Below, one piece after another: positions 1-12,198 of a stretch of DNA of 64,000 bases. A program made the position numbers and the translations under genes. This DNA comes from Squalus acanthias (Eukaryota). Positions within the stretch are counted from its first letter, which is position 1, and each line of letters begins with the position of its first letter. The notes below the pieces were generated by a model. It had not been told where the DNA came from and made no database searches. It saw only the letters and a program-made list of their open reading frames with translations. The DNA is taken from assembly GCA_030390025.1 (NCBI GenBank), contig CM059425.1, positions 176,578,001-176,642,000 on the forward strand. The letters run 5' to 3'.

Positions 1-39
1 TCTCCCTGCTCAGGTGCCCAACCCCCTGCCACTTTAGTT

Positions 40-648
40 TCAACCCTCCCCAACAGCACTAGCAAGCACTCCCCCTAGGACAGCGGTCCCAGCCCTGCCC
101 AGGTGCAGACCGTCCGGTTTGTACTGGTCCCACCTCCCCCAGAACCGGTTCCAATGTCCCAGGAATTTGAATCCCTCCCCCTTACACCATTCCTCTAGCC
201 ACGTATTCATTTGAAATATCCTCCTATTTCTACTCTGACTAGCACGTGGCACTGGTAGCAATCCTGAGATTACTACCTTTGAGGTCCTATTTTTTAATTT
301 ACCTCCTAACTCCCTATATTCTGCTTTTAGGACCTCATCCCCTTTTTTACCTATATCGTTGGTGCCTATGTGCACCACGACAACTGGCTGTTCGCCCTCC
401 CCCTCCAAAATGTTCTGTAGCCGCTCCGAGACGTCCTTGACCCTTGCACCAGGGAGGCAACACACCATTCTGGAGTCTCGGTTGCGGCCGCAGAAACGCC
501 TATCTATTCCCCTTACAATTGAGTCCCCTATCACTATAGCTCTTCCACTCTTTTTCCTCCCAGCCTGTGCAGCAGAGCCACCCATGGTGTCAGGAAGTTG
601 GCTGCTGCTGCCTTCCCCTGATAAGTCATCCCCCCCAACAGTATTCAA
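40..648 (-). pseudogene. CR1 LINE ORF1 fragment, SGNH/GDSL esterase domain (element continues off the window start)
   Basis: SGNH blocks GDSIVRG, PGARVKDV, HIGTND and DGLHL in the ORF. An esterase-bearing ORF1 is characteristic of CR1-clade LINEs. 5'-truncated at about 670. Confidence 0.85.
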
Positions 649-810
649 AGTGGTATATCTGTTTGAGAGATATATTTTGAGAGATATATTTTGATAAAGT
701 CACATCTAGCTTTGCTGTTCATACATGTATTATAAATCATAATGTAAACATAATTTTTGACTTGTTATGGGTCTTCAACATCTGTGAACTAATCCATCAA
801 ACGCACCATT

Positions 811-2330
811 CATAGAATCATAGAATCATAGAAATTTACAGCACAGTAGGAGGCCATTCGACCCATCGTGTCCGCGCCGGTCGACAAAGAGCTATCCAGC
901 CTAATCCCACTTTCCAGCTCTTGGTCCGAGGCCATGTAGTCCACGGCACTTCAAGTGCATATCCAAGTTCTTTTTAAATGTGATGAGGGTTTCTGCCTCT
1001 ACCACCCTTTCAGGCAGTGAGTTCCAGACCCCCACCATCCTCTGGGTGAAAAATGTTCCCCTCAAATCCCCTCTAAACCTCCTACCATTTATTTTAAATC
1101 TATGCCCCCTGGTTGTTGACCTCTCTGCCAAGGGAAACAGTTCCTTCCTATCCACTCTATCTAGGCCCCTCATAATTTTATACACCTCAATTAGGTTTCC
1201 CCTCAGCCTCCTCTGTTCCAAAGAAAACAACCCCAGCCTATCCAAACTTTCCTCATAGCTAAAATTCTCCAGTCCAGGCAACATCCTCATAAATCTCCTC
1301 TGTACCCTCTCTAGTGCAATCACATCGTTCCTGTAATGTGGTGACCAGAACTGCACGCAGTACTCTAGCTGAGGCCTAACTAGTGTTTTATACAGTTCAA
1401 GCATAACCTCCCTGCTCTTATAGTCTATGCCTCAGCTAATAAAGGCAAGTATCCCATATGCCTTCTTAACCACTTTATCTACCTGTCCTGCTACCTTCAG
1501 GGATCTGTGGACATGCACTCCAAGGTCCTTCTGTTCCTCTGCACTTCTCAGTGTCCTACCATTTATTGTGTATTCCCTTGCCTTGTTAGCCCTCCCCAAA
1601 TGCATTACCTCGCACTTGTCCGGATTGGATTCCATTTGCCACTGTTCTGCCCACCTGACCAGTCCATTGATATCTTCCTGCAGTCTGCAGCTTTCTTCTT
1701 CATTACCCACCACACGGCCAATTTTTGTATCGTCTGCAAACTTCTTAATCATACCCATACATTCAAGTCTATATCATTGATGTATACCACAAAAAGCAAG
1801 GGACCTAGTACTGAGCCCTGCAGAACGCCACTGGAAACAGCATTCCAGTCACAAAAACACCAGTCGACCATTACCCTTTGTTTCCTGCCTCTGAGCCAAT
1901 TTTGGATCCAACTTGCCACTTTGCCTTGGATCCCATGGGCTTTTACTTCCGTGACCAGTCTGCCATGTGGGACCTTATCAAAAGCCTTGCTAAAATCCAT
2001 ATACACTGCATCAAACACACAACCCTCATCGACCCTCCTTGTTACCTCCTCAAAAAATTCAATCAAGTTAGTCAGACACGACATTCCCTTACCAAATCCA
2101 TGCTGACTGTCCTTGATTAATCCGTATCTTTCTAAATGAGGATTTATCCTGCCCCTCAGAGTTTTTTCCAATAATTTTCTCACCACTGAGGTTAGACTGA
2201 CTGGCCTGTAATTACTCAGTCTATCCCTTTCTCCCTTTTTAAACAAAGGTACGACGTTAGCAGTCCTCCAGTCCTCCGGCACCACTCCTGTAGCTGGAGA
2301 GGATTGGATAATGATGGTGCTAGAGTCATT
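811..2330 (-). mobile_element. 5'-truncated CR1 LINE (RT and C-terminus, frameshifted)
   Basis: ORF pieces NYRPVSLTS, QHGF, DFSKAFDKVPH, QGSVLGP, KFADD and LEYCVQFWSP. (ATTCTATG)n tail is seen as catagaatcatagaatcataga at 811-832. Confidence 0.95.
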
Positions 2331-2593
2331 GTAAGGGAGATTTGAAGCCCCATAAGGAATGGGATTGAGAACTAAAAGTGCCTACAACTGAATCTTTGAA
2401 TTTTTCCTTCTTTATCCTCTCTTTTATAAAGGATACTTTAGTCCATGATGAGCCATTTTTGTCTCAACACAATGAAACCAAGAAAAATAGGAGACCTTTA
2501 AGTTGGAAGCACAGCTATATGAAGTACAGTGTATCTAATTGTGCTTGTTTTGTTTTTGATTTTTTTTTGGAAGACGAGGATTTTAAAACTGAA

Positions 2594-4640
2594 GGGCTAA
2601 AAATTTGGGTGGTTTGCGCCACCCGTTAGTGTAATGAAATGTCGAAAAAATAGGCGACCGGCGCTATTCCACCAGCTGGTGGCGTATCCCGCGGTGGCCG
2701 CCATTTTGCGTGGGCTGGTAGCACTGCCAGTAAACGCGATTGCTGGAGGGATTTTAATTAATGAGATCGTGACGTCAGTGAGTATGCAACACCCAATTGA
2801 CACCCGATCTGCAGCATTGGATTTCGCCGTTCAACTTACTGGCATGCCTAAACAACGACAGGGAGAGCAAGCGTTCAACAACAGGAAGGAGGCTCCAGCA
2901 ACGATATTTAAAGGGATCATCAGCAATCAGTTGCACCTGACCTGTTTCTGCAGTTTGAGTGGCTCTGTGGTACTTTCTGCAACTCCAACAGCGTGGCTTC
3001 TTAACCTCTTTGAAGGTTACAAGTGCAGAACGCCTTCATTATTTTTTTAAAGGCTTCTGCTCACAACACTTGCTCATAGTCATCGGGGCTGTACTGGCAG
3101 TCAACCTCGCACTCCAGAATCTTTGACAGAGGGAGCAGAGGGAGCGATGAAGATGGGAACATGCATGCAGAGGGAGGAGGAAGAGGGCCATCAACAGGAG
3201 GCCTTATCCACCTAGGGTCTACCAACAGCACTTCTCCTTAGCGAGGAGCAGTGTCTTAGGAGGCTACGCTTCACCAAGGAAGAGGTCACAGAACTCTGCC
3301 ACCTTTTGCAACCAGACCAGCAGCCTGAGAGCAGGGCGACCACAGCTCTCCCAGTTGAGAGAAGCAGGACGAGCGTGCATGTGGCTTTGCCAGGATATCG
3401 GGCTTCCCCATGGTGCAGGGCACCATCGACTGCACACACCTGGCTTTGCAGGCACCGTATAACAATCCTGAGATCCTGAGATTTTCCGTAACCGCACAGG
3501 CTACCACTCACTTAATGTGCAGCTGGTGTGCGACCACGCCCAGCGAATCCTCAATGTCAATGCCCGCTATTCTGGCAGCAGTCATGATGCATTCATCCTG
3601 CATCAGTCCAGTGTCCCAGCAGACTTCCAGCCACCACAGCAAACTCGAGGGTGGCTGCTCGGAGACAGGGGCTATCCGCACTACACCTGGCTCATGGCTT
3701 CCCTCGGCAACCCCAAAACTCTTGCTCAGCACTCATATAATGAGAGCCATGCTTCCACCAGGAACATCATCGAGCAGACCATCGGGCTACTGCCTTGACC
3801 ACTCAGGAGGAGTCCTCCAGTACTCGGCGTAGTGGGTGTCCCATTTTGTGGTGGTCTGCTGCATGTGTTACAACTTGGCCATCGTGAGGGTGCAGCCCTT
3901 GCCACCAGGAATTGCGGCACCACCTCAGGAGGAGGATGAGGGAGAGGAGGAAGAGGTTGAGGAGGACAACGAGGAGCAAGAGGAAGAGGAGGAAGGGTGG
4001 ATGCAGGCAGCCAATCCCCCTTCTGGATGGGCTGTCCTGTGAACGCCTCATCAGACTCTGATTCCAGTGAATGAAACCCCAGATCCCCGTTGATCACCAT
4101 ATCTTCATCATACCATTCCTGTCTCACGGAATATCATAGCGTCCTCCTGGGCACAAAGCTGTAATGAGAGACACTACAAAAGATTCCAATCAAAATGAAT
4201 ACATTTATCACTAATAAAATCACGCATATTTAGATGAAAACTATTAACTAATCACCCTTGTGCAATCCCTTAGTGGCTGTCTTTCGTCTGGCTTTTCCTA
4301 ATCTCATGCTCCTACGAAGTGCTCCCCCGGTGGCTACAGCATGGCTGTTGGAAGGCCGCTGAATTTCCCTGCGGGAGACTTCAGATGGCCTTGCAGGATG
4401 ACCTCGAACAGCTCTGGAGCTAGAAGGCCCGGCTGTAGACTGCACCACCTTGGCATGGGTGGCTGCAGTCTGGGCTGGCTGGCTGACAGGCAGCAGCAAG
4501 GGCAATGGCGGAGTGGCAGTGGTGGGAGCAGGAATGCTGTCATCCTGAGATAGTACAGCAGGGTCCTGCTCCACTGACCCACTGCCACTCCCCCGGGGCG
4601 CGCCTCAGCATCCCTAGCAACCTGTTGGAGCACAGATCCA
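2594..4640 (+). mobile_element. Degenerate PIF/Harbinger element, transposase-side half (same subfamily as 13577-18044)
   Basis: TIR GGGCTAAAAATT at 2594. Transposase remnant, then the convergent 3' end of the Myb partner gene (EQDPAVLSQDDSIP), near-identical to 14990-15380. Truncated by the LTR element. Confidence 0.9.
3140..4072 (+). pseudogene. Harbinger DDE transposase pseudogene
   Basis: Fragments GFPMVQGTIDCTH, HDAFIL, WLLGDRGY, RNIIEQTIG, CCMCYN and an acidic tail. Frameshifts and an internal deletion near 3355. Confidence 0.92.
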
Positions 4641-4704
4641 GAATTTTTTTTTAAGGTTCCTTTCACTCAGCAAATCTTGTGTTTTATTTGTCTCGGCACA
4701 GACA

Positions 4705-5610
4705 TTAATAACTTCCATGTTGGTAAAACTTTAGGTTTCTCTCTCTTTTTTTCCTCTTTTTAAATCGGCGTCTCAGCAACTTAGGGGTTACTTGAGTTCT
4801 AGTTAGGACTGGTTTCTCAATGTATGCGGAACCGTCCAGCGGGGGGTTTTCCATGTCACTGCTGACATTGACTACGGAGGCTGACGTAGGAGGAGGTGGT
4901 AAGGGAGGAAATAATTCTCCACTTACCTCCTCGCATTCTTTATCATAACTCGCAGGGGGGTCTACTCCCGTGACTGCCGCTATTACAGCCCGTTGTTTCT
5001 CTAATTGTTGTATAGTGATGTTACATTGCCGGTGGTCGGTCTCTCTTTGGGGACGCTGAAGAGCCTCTCTTAGGGCTCCTCGTGCATCATTTAATTGGCT
5101 GGTAAAACGGTCATTGTCTTTTGTTAAGAAGGCTACTTGACTTTTAGCCTCCTCAAGATTCTGCATTGCAGCGCCGGCATGAACGGTGTTAATACTCTGT
5201 TGCTGCATTATTGCTGCCGAAGCACCGACCTGTCCCTGAAGAATTTCATTCTTGTTTTTTAACTCTATGGCTTCTTTCTCCCATTTTGACTTTTCACCCG
5301 TTAACGTTAGATTCTCTTGTATCAACCGTAGTTTGTCTTTTTCTAATTTATCCTGATCATCTTCCATTTCCAGGAAGGTTTCTTTATCTTATTCTACACA
5401 ATATACTGCGGCATAGGTCATTAGCTGTGCTGCCCTATCCGGCTTCCATCTCTTCTCCTTAACTTGCTTTTCAATGAACGCAACAACGTCCTCGAAAGAT
5501 ACTCTCACATCCTTTGTTAGACATTCTACTATCAACGTCTGCAACTGTGCATCATCGCATTTCTTCATTAACTTCGCTTTATAGTCTACAAAAAAATTCT
5601 CACTCGACAT
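4705..5610 (-). pseudogene. gag-like coiled-coil ORF with one in-frame stop
   Basis: ORFs 5389-5610 and 4705-5367 share a frame, separated by one stop. ATG lies about 140 nt after the PBS. Long E/K/Q/L heptad region followed by a Pro-rich stretch (DPPASY, FPPLPPPPT). Confidence 0.7.
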
Positions 5611-5750
5611 TCTTACTGTAAGTTAAAGAGACACTATCTGTTAGATAACCTAACCTTCCACAAGAACTTTCGTTGATCAGATGAAAATCCAAGCAAAAAT
5701 CCAAACGCCTGCCTTATGCACAATGGACCTGATTTCAGTTAATAGTCACA

Positions 5751-5768
5751 GCCCCATGTTGGGCGCCA
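5751..5768 (-). promoter_or_regulatory. Primer binding site, tRNA-Lys(1,2)
   Basis: Minus strand reads CTACA-AAT-TGGCGCCCAACATGGGGC, 17/18 to the canonical TGGCGCCCAACGTGGGGC, 3 nt after an LTR-terminal CA. Confidence 0.92.
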
Positions 5769-5771
5769 ATT

Positions 5772-6623
5772 TGTAGCTTTCAAAAGCTCTTTATAATAAT
5801 TTGTCCATGACTACACAAACCACTCTGGGTACAGGTATATTGTGTATAAATAAAACAGGTTTATTAAGCATTAAGCATCCAGTACAAAGAAGTAATACTT
5901 AACAAGAAGATAGTCGCAGTCTGTTCATTGAACCCCGGTGTTCCTTCCGAGTGACTGGGGCGCAATCTCCTGATGTAAGTTGCTGTGTTCTGTTGACTGA
6001 AGCTCGCTTCTTGGGATCTTGCTGTGTTCTGTTGACCGAAGCTCCTATCAATCTCTGGTTACACGGTGTGCGCTTTCGATGTTCAAAACCTGTATCTTTA
6101 TACCCTTTTTCCCCTCGTTTTGCCTACGTGGCAGTAAGTAACCCTCTGACACCTGGTAAAAAGTCTTGCTTCCCTCGTTAGCCATCTTATGACCTTGTTG
6201 ATCCTACGAGGTTTTTCTCGATGCATAACAAAGTACCCTTATCTCAGATGTTCACTTTTCACAGAACACTTCCCAGAATGTTTTCTAAATAGTCTGCCCA
6301 TCCTATAGCTGTACCAATGAAGGATGTCTCCAACTCCTATCTCTCTCTCTAGCTCTTATCTCTTTTCCATAACATTACCGAACTCCATGTCCCCGACAGT
6401 CTTCGTGTTTGTGCAGCACAACATTCCATTACTTCAGTAATTTAAAACAGAGGTTTTTAGTCAGGTTGGCATAATATCCCATCCTGCTTTGCTCTCAGCC
6501 ATTCACCATTTTATACAGGCTTTTAGGCTTTTAACATACAATTTCACATATTATAGTTATATAAAAATGGCTATAGAATCTTAATAATGTTTACTAAATC
6601 CTACAGGTACACTCTATCCTACA
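5772..6623 (-). repeat. Long terminal repeat (about 850 bp)
   Basis: TGTAG...CTACA termini (alternative end at 6605). Minus-strand TATAAA at 6097-6102 and AATAAA at 5860-5865 lie in U3-R-U5 order. Purine-rich GAAGGTAGGGA just upstream, PBS just downstream. Internal 25-bp duplication at about 5981-6044. Confidence 0.75.
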
Positions 6624-6649
6624 GATCCCTACCTTCAGGGCGAGGCATT

Positions 6650-8110
6650 TGCCGACCCCTCAAAACTAAAATCTTACATATGGATTATTTTTCTTCCGTT
6701 TATGTAACTCTAACATGTTCTGGGCTGTAGTCACATTTAAACGCGATCGGGTTTCATGCATTAGGTGTTTCAGGTAACAGGTGTATAGTAGTAAGCATGT
6801 TAGTACTATGAGTTGGGCTATAACCAGTACATGGGAAATTATTCTAATCCAAGGAGGAATTTCTATGTTTGTCCCTATGTTGTATTATTAGTCCTAACAA
6901 TTTTTGACTCCCTACCTTGTGGCATTTGTGTTTAATTGGGTAGATCTTAATCAAACTTCTGATCTTACATAGTTCAAAGTCTTACTACATGGGTTACATA
7001 TATCAAATACACTATCATTACAAGTTGGAGAACTACCAGAGCATGTGAAATAATACGAACCTAAGGACGTGCTGATGTATTAAGCCCAATATCCCACCAA
7101 TGTGAGTTGTCCCTTATGCTTTCAATTTCAATATCTATTCTCGAGTTGTCTTGCTCCAAAACATAAAAATGCTTTAGGGAGGAGTTCAGTCATATCACAA
7201 GCTCACTGAAACCCTCAAACAACAGGGGAATGTAGTATCCGAATTGTGCAACATAATTGTACAGCTCATACTTAAGTATCTCATTTACTGTCAGTATCTC
7301 TTGAGCATAGGTTTTGATATTGAGTAAAACGTGTTGGTTGATGGGATAGGTCCTGTTAGACCCGTAAAGCATGGTAGTTGCGGTAATAGTGACACGGGAG
7401 GCACCACCAAAATCACCTCATACTGGATTCGTACTGGTTTTTCCCACGCTCTGTTACCTACAAAACACAATTATTACAGTCACAGTTAAATTCAGTCTTA
7501 CAATCATTTCAAGCGACATTACAGTTTAACATCTAATCAACAAATCATGGACTTATAGGATTCTCCAGATCTCTCTTTTACTCATATCCATCTTGTGGAT
7601 AATTCTTACTAAACATGATTTCTCCTTAGCCCTCAATTGTCCCAATCCAAATTCCATGTAACTTTCCACTACAACTTCAATTTCAATCCCTCTAACAGGT
7701 ACCAGTGTGTTTAACTCTATTCTGATTGTTTCATTAATTAGATAGTTTCTCGATGGAGTATGTGTCAATGCTTTAAAAGTTGTCTCACTCTCCTGAGCCA
7801 CATTAACTATTTCATGTCTTGCTGTTGTCAAGTAACTGAGCATGTCTGGGACCCGTTCTTCAGTGCAGATTCACCATACATTCCTGGATGGTAATTGCTT
7901 CATACGTAATGAATCACATTTGCGCACTCATACCGGTATCTCAATATCGTGAGACACGTGTACTCCGATACAAGCCTTTCTCGGGCTTTCAGATATCTTA
8001 TCAAAAGATTGTAGTCGTCTGGAGATCTTTGCTCATCTTCCTCTGCATGGTCCCGATGTCTTGGGTAGTGGCCGGACTATCAAATTCAGTTTTCTTAAAA
8101 GTTCATTAAA
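6650..8110 (-). pseudogene. Decayed ORFs of unknown function 5' of the LTR (accessory-gene position)
   Basis: ORFs 7553-7843 and 7190-7372 extend in both directions across stops or frameshifts. Candidate splice acceptor TGTGTTTTTGTAG at about 7458-7470. No family recognised. Confidence 0.4.
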
Positions 8111-9280
8111 GGCAGGGACACAAATGTCTCCAAGAGAAAGCTATCAATTTACTATACTTAACTACACTTTCCTGACTTTCACTAGAATGTTTTGAAAATT
8201 CCCATTCAGTAGTGTAATTCTCCTGTTTCAATCTTACACCCTCAATCACTTCCTTTAATTACCATTCATATCTCACTCGTGAGTCCTGGAGGAACTTTAC
8301 TGTCCACTACAATATTTAAGATAGAAAACATAGATCAAACGTTCTCACTTGGTCCAAGTTATTATCACTTTTTATATATCATTATTTTAGAGGATCTTTT
8401 ATTTTCCCAAAAGTAACAAAATATATATAGTGCCTGAGTCCATTTTGTCATTTCAAAATTATCCTAAAATCCAAACAGCAGAACTGTTGAACTAACAGGT
8501 TTTGTCAATGCTCAATTTAATTTCTATCAATTTATCTTATCAATTCCAATTTCAGAAACAAGTGATTCCCAGGCTAGGTGGCTTACGCAGTGTTTTAACA
8601 TTCGAGACAGAAGTGCTGCAATTAGTTTACAAGGTAACTTCCATATAACAAAAGAAAGAAGAGAATCCATTGCGACTCTGCTTAGAGCCCAAGGGGTTAA
8701 TTTATCAAATCATAATTTTCCTTCTGTCAGTCTGGGGAAATATTAACTTAAAATTAAGAAACTTAAATTTAATAATGTCCAATATCTTTAAATTTCATAC
8801 TAAAGTTGTTGCTTGGTGAACTTAAACAGCTGTCAGTGGAAAGGGTTAACTCCTTTGCGGGTTTTTCAGAAGGTGGAGTGAAACATTGTCAGGCGCATGC
8901 AATTGCGTCACTTCACATAAATTTTTAAAAAACTTTCCCGATCGAAAAAGACAGTTGTGTTTTCACACTTTAACTAAACACGAACAGAACAGATAAACAA
9001 AACAAAATAGCACATGCTTGCAGAAAGCAGTAAATTATGTCATATTTCTTATTGTCCTTTCTTCAGATGTCTTTCCAAAATACTGTAAAAACATTGAATA
9101 TAACTGGAGAAAAATTAGTTTTTCACATTTAAACAAATCAAATCAAACTGCTTTGGAAATTTCACCATAGCAACCGCGACTCCAAGGTTAAATCTTAGAC
9201 TGAAACATAATCTTTTGCTAAACAAACTTTTGTTGTTCTTCTCAGTTTTTACACACCAGCTTAACTTAAATTGTAGTTCA

Positions 9281-10697
9281 GAGTCTTGCGCCCTCCGACC
9301 AGGACTCTCCACTGCTGTCCCTGTCTCAACCATCTGCTGATGCTCACTTGTGATCTGTGATACACCAGGTGACAACACTACTCTATCTCGGGAAGGTCCC
9401 ACCGAGGTGTGAGTGTCTGCGCTGGTGCTGAGTGCGCTGAATTCTGCTGGCACTGCGCCCTCAGAGGTTGCAGCTTCCTCTGAGGAGTCGTGAGGCTCAG
9501 GCTGTTCCTCCTGGACAGTAGGGATGGGGGCTCTCGATGGCCCTGTGGGGGAGTAAAGGAAAGAGTTAGAGATGTGAGGTAAAGGTTGCATGCACATTGA
9601 ATTGTGCAGATGATCATAAGTCAATCTGTTAGAGCATCAGAATCATTATCAGTCACTCATGCAATGTCAATGAGAGAGATGCTAAACTATTCTGTCTCCA
9701 GCTTGCTGCGATGCGCCCGTCTGTCCGCCCCCACTTGCGGATCGTCCTCCACTCTGGCGATCTCCAGGGCCGCCTCCTCTGAAGTGTTAAGCTGGGCTAC
9801 TGAGGGTGGCCCTCCTCCTGTCCTCGCTCTTTCCCTCTTATTGTGGGCTCTCTTTTCCTGCAATGAGGGACACAAGTGGAGTTTGAGCGAGAATGAAGAA
9901 GTGAGTGTAGAGAATCCATAGCATAGATACTTAGAAGGAGACAAAGGGCCCTCCCTGTGTGTTGTAAGTTGTTGTCATTGCATCACAGTGATAGGGAGTG
10001 TGAGGGCTTCATGGTCGAATAGTTAAGTGAATGTGACCATAGAGAGAGAGGGAATGGGTAAGGGTGCAGGGATGTAAGGGTCAAGTGGGATGTGGAGGAA
10101 GAGGTTGGCAAAGCAGAGTGTTGGTGAGGAGAGGCGATGGGGATCAGATTGAGGCTGATGGGAATGTCATACTCACTTTTCCTGTGCGGAGAAGGTCATG
10201 AAACCTCTTCCTGCACTGCAGCCAGGTTCTGCTGCACATAGAAATTGCGTTTACCTCTTGGGCCACTTGCAGCCACACAGCTTTAGTCTGCTGGGGAGGC
10301 TTTTTCCTCCCTGAGGAAGGGAAGAGCACCTCCTTATTTGCTCTTGCTCCCTCCACCAGAGCTTGGAGGGAGGCCTCATTGAATCTTGGAGCACACTTTG
10401 GTCTACTGGTGGACATAATTGCTGAAGGAAGCGCTCAGAACAATGGGCATAAAGTTTAAAGGCTGAAAAAGAAGCAAGGCCGCTTGAAGGCCTTAAATCC
10501 AGCAGTATTGATGATGTCATCGGAGGCGACTTTCTGTATGAAATGGCTCATTGGGCCAGGGGTTTCCACACGCTGGAAATCAAGTGCCCAATTAGGGCTA
10601 AATCGCACTTTTGTCCCACTTCACATCAGAGTCGGGATCCTGACACGACGACCACCTGACACGCCCCCAGCCCACCCCCAATGGCAAAATCGAGCCC
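9281..10697 (-). mobile_element. Myb/SANT-side half of a second Harbinger subfamily
   Basis: Exon 1 10416-10177 (PRFNEASLQALV...W...RTWLQCRKRFHDL, GT donor). Exon 2 from 9857 (EKRAHNKRERARTGGGPP). Exon 3 from 9542. Terminus GGCAAAATCGAGCCC at 10697. Confidence 0.88.
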
Positions 10698-12198
10698 TTA
10701 GAGTGACTCGAAATTACTCTACAGGTTGTGTTGATGTAAGGCTGCACAATAGCATCAACTGTGAAGTTCAACTAGTCTAAAAGCATCTAAGTTTCAGTGC
10801 TAAATCCATTTCTAAGTAACTAGAAGCTGCTGTGGCAATAACTGAATTATTAAAGGTGCATGTTCGCAGATATACATCTGCGTGGCTGTGAATGCTCTGT
10901 TTTTAGGTTGCTGCAAATTAGGTCAAAGACACCAGAACTCCAAACATATTCTTCATGATTAGGACACTGCAAATACAAGCCTGGCTTCCAGAAATTTACT
11001 TCAAAACAGTTTGACAGTTACAGAAAATTGATAATAGAAGAGAGAATACTGCTGGGACTGTGCACTTTCTGTATTCTTTGAGTGTGTCTGTGTACTAGGG
11101 ATTCTGTTTTATCAGAGAAAAGGCAAGTTGACATTTTGGGTGGGATCCTGCAGAACTCGTTCTGTTACTTTCTTGTCTTCCTTCTTTCTTCATCATTCAA
11201 ATGTTGTTTTTTAGACGTTGTGCCACCCAAACACAATAGAAAATCATTTTCTGGTTTTCATTTCAACACTTCTGAATATCTTGTCGACTTTGGAGGATGA
11301 TTAAAAATCTAATATTTGGCCTTGAGTAAAGTAGAAGCATGCATTTGCATTCTGCTGCCTCCTCCTCTGTCACATGCTCTTGCAATGTGAGGAACTTTTG
11401 AGTTACATCATCCTGAACAAATAAAAAACATTTTAGCTGCTTTCAGTTGCTTTCTAATGGCAAGAAATCATTTGGGAAAAATATGCTGCTTTCAAGCTTA
11501 GGCCAGTTGCACAGTGGTTCCTTCAAAGGGTTCACTACTTCACAAGAATTGCCATAAAATTAGAAATAGAATCAGTTTGCAGAACCCAATTAAACCCCGT
11601 TATTGTGGATATGGAGCTGCAGTTGTTATGAAGAAAATTGCATTCTTATGTTGGGTTTCAGCTGCAAGCACAGTCCCTTATTGTATGTTGAAAGCAAGTG
11701 AAAGCTTGAGTCCCGGCATTATACAACATTTAAACAGTAAGTGAGCTGACTGCACAACGTGAGTGACAAAACTATGAGCATGTTAAGTCCGGTTGGCTAC
11801 ACAAGTTCTTTAAATATTGTATCACACTGGGATTCATGCGGTATTCTATTCATATAAAGCTAATGCTATTTGTGAAATGCTTTGTTATTAATGAAGAACA
11901 ATGAACTAAGTGAAAAACTTAGCTTATACTTATGCATGGTGTTGCAGAGGAATACCACTGTTACTCTTTGTGATTGGCTCGGTGCACTGGCTGGCTGGAG
12001 TAATGTCTGTGATAAAAATGAAGTCTTTCCATCTTGTTGTAGCTTGGTAGAGGCTGTTTCAATTCAGGCACGGTAGTGTTCTATAGGCACATAAGTAGCA
12101 AAAGGAGAATTAAGATAGGCATGGTGCCACTAAGGAATGAGCGAGATAAACTCACAGGAAATAGTACTGAAATGGCAGGGATATGGAACAAATACTTT

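Larger units (their letters stand above)
4641..9280 (-). mobile_element. LTR retroelement/ERV remnant with a single internal LTR; no pol seen; lineage unresolved
   Basis: PBS, LTR with TATA and polyA signal, and gag-like ORF on the minus strand. AT-rich block distinct from the flanking Harbinger DNA. Outer boundaries approximate. Confidence 0.7.

Noticed and set aside
40..648. Host or bacterial GDSL lipase gene
   Set aside because: Context and motifs fit the CR1 ORF1 esterase; 5'-truncated.
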